Below, one piece after another: positions 62,971 to 64,000 of a DNA stretch of 64,000 nucleotides; position 1 is the stretch's first letter, and every line of letters starts with the position of its first letter. A model generated the notes under the pieces. The model was not told the origin of the DNA. It ran no database searches and saw only the letters and a program-made list of their open reading frames with translations. The DNA is from Mobula hypostoma. Lineage: Eukaryota. The position numbers and the translations under genes are program-made. The stretch covers positions 110,300,001 through 110,364,000 of the forward strand of contig NC_086107.1 of the NCBI RefSeq assembly GCF_963921235.1. Reading direction: 5' to 3'.

Positions 62971-64000
62971 GAAACACTATGTTACTTTATGAGTAGTCAG
63001 GTGATAATCAACGTGAAAAATTGCTGTAAACACCATTTTCACCAGTATCTGTAAAAGTGGACCATTGTATTTGAGCGGTGAATTCACCTTAGACGTCATT
63101 CTTCAAAAACCTTTCACAGTTACCATCTCAGATCAGTAAAAGGCATATTTTTATTTCAGATTTTTATCACGTTTACTGCAATATTTGGGGAAAAACTTGG
63201 CATAAAAATTAAAAATGGTTCAATGCTGTGATATAGCTTTAATTTCCTGAAGATTGCGGCACTGAGCAGAACCCAAACTCCTCAAAAAAATGTCAGTTGT
63301 ACATCTCGGAGAGACTTCTTTTGGATGAGTGAGGGATTTTTTAAATATTTGCCACACAAGGGATTTGGATTAATCTCGAGAGATTTGCAAGATTAAAAAC
63401 CAACAGCAGGAATAACTGATCAAATTTAACATTCAGTAAAAGAATCAGATTTTTTGTTTCTCTCGCCACATGCATATACTTTATTTCATAAAATATACAT
63501 AAGGTTGTGCAGATTGGAGTCAATTTCTCAAATGACCCGTATCAGATGTATTCCCACAAATGAGGTACTGTACAACACAGGTTTTCATGCTGTTCAGAAT
63601 TTTTTTACTGGAACTAGTGAGTGAAAGATAATCAAAAATTAGGTAAGTATTCCCCCAGGACATGTATTTAACAGGCATGCAGTCCATTCGGGTGCATATG
63701 AACATTCAAAATTGCAAAATCAATAAATTATTAACACTGATGCATCAAGTCAAATCTAACTGCACTGTGCAAACACTCTTTGTTAAAAATCACCTGCTCA
63801 CAAGCACACATGGGCAGACGATGTAGAATTCTAAACATGGATTGCAGCTACAACAATGCAGCAGGAAAGCAAGTGCAGCAACAGCTGCATGCATTCATTT
63901 GTTGTCTTCTTCCCCCTAAGGAGAAATGTGCCCACGTTGGTGGGGAGGGAAGGGAAATAAAGCTGAACTCTGCAAACTTCGGGGGGGGGGAATCTATCTG

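Noticed and set aside
1..64000. Prokaryotic systems (CRISPR array, operon, retron) and rRNA
   Set aside because: Vertebrate intronic sequence; no regularly spaced repeat-spacer array, dense ORFs or rRNA similarity seen.

Overview
Eukaryotic, AT-rich, repeat-dense vertebrate DNA. The repeat families (HE1-like V-SINEs, CR1, Rex1/Babar, RTE, Penelope-type ends) point to a cartilaginous fish, probably a ray; this is inferred from remembered repeat sequences, not from a search. I found no intact host protein-coding exon. The recognisable ORFs in the track are decayed transposon fragments and the rest look like noise. Between the repeats are TE-poor unique islands (about 1-3.9, 25-26.7, 40-43, 45.7-48.4, 48.7-52.9, 58.2-60 and 63-64 kb). 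They carry minus-strand splice signals, YY1 motifs, a CRE and an RFX X-box. This suggests the long 5' intronic/UTR region of one minus-strand gene with several alternative promoters and non-coding exons; I cannot name the gene. Most notable: (1) tiny Penelope-type insertions with perfect 12-13 bp target-site duplications (TSDs), two carrying a minimal type-I hammerhead ribozyme core; (2) a Tigger element whose ends closely match my recollection of eutherian MER2 but which keeps a transposase fragment, so possible horizontal transfer; (3) a two-copy ~650 bp non-coding, non-tRNA retroposon with a Rex1-like tail; (4) a young CpG-rich poly(A) SINE with a 16 bp TSD next to a candidate exon. Family names and the boundaries of decayed repeats are approximate, read by eye.
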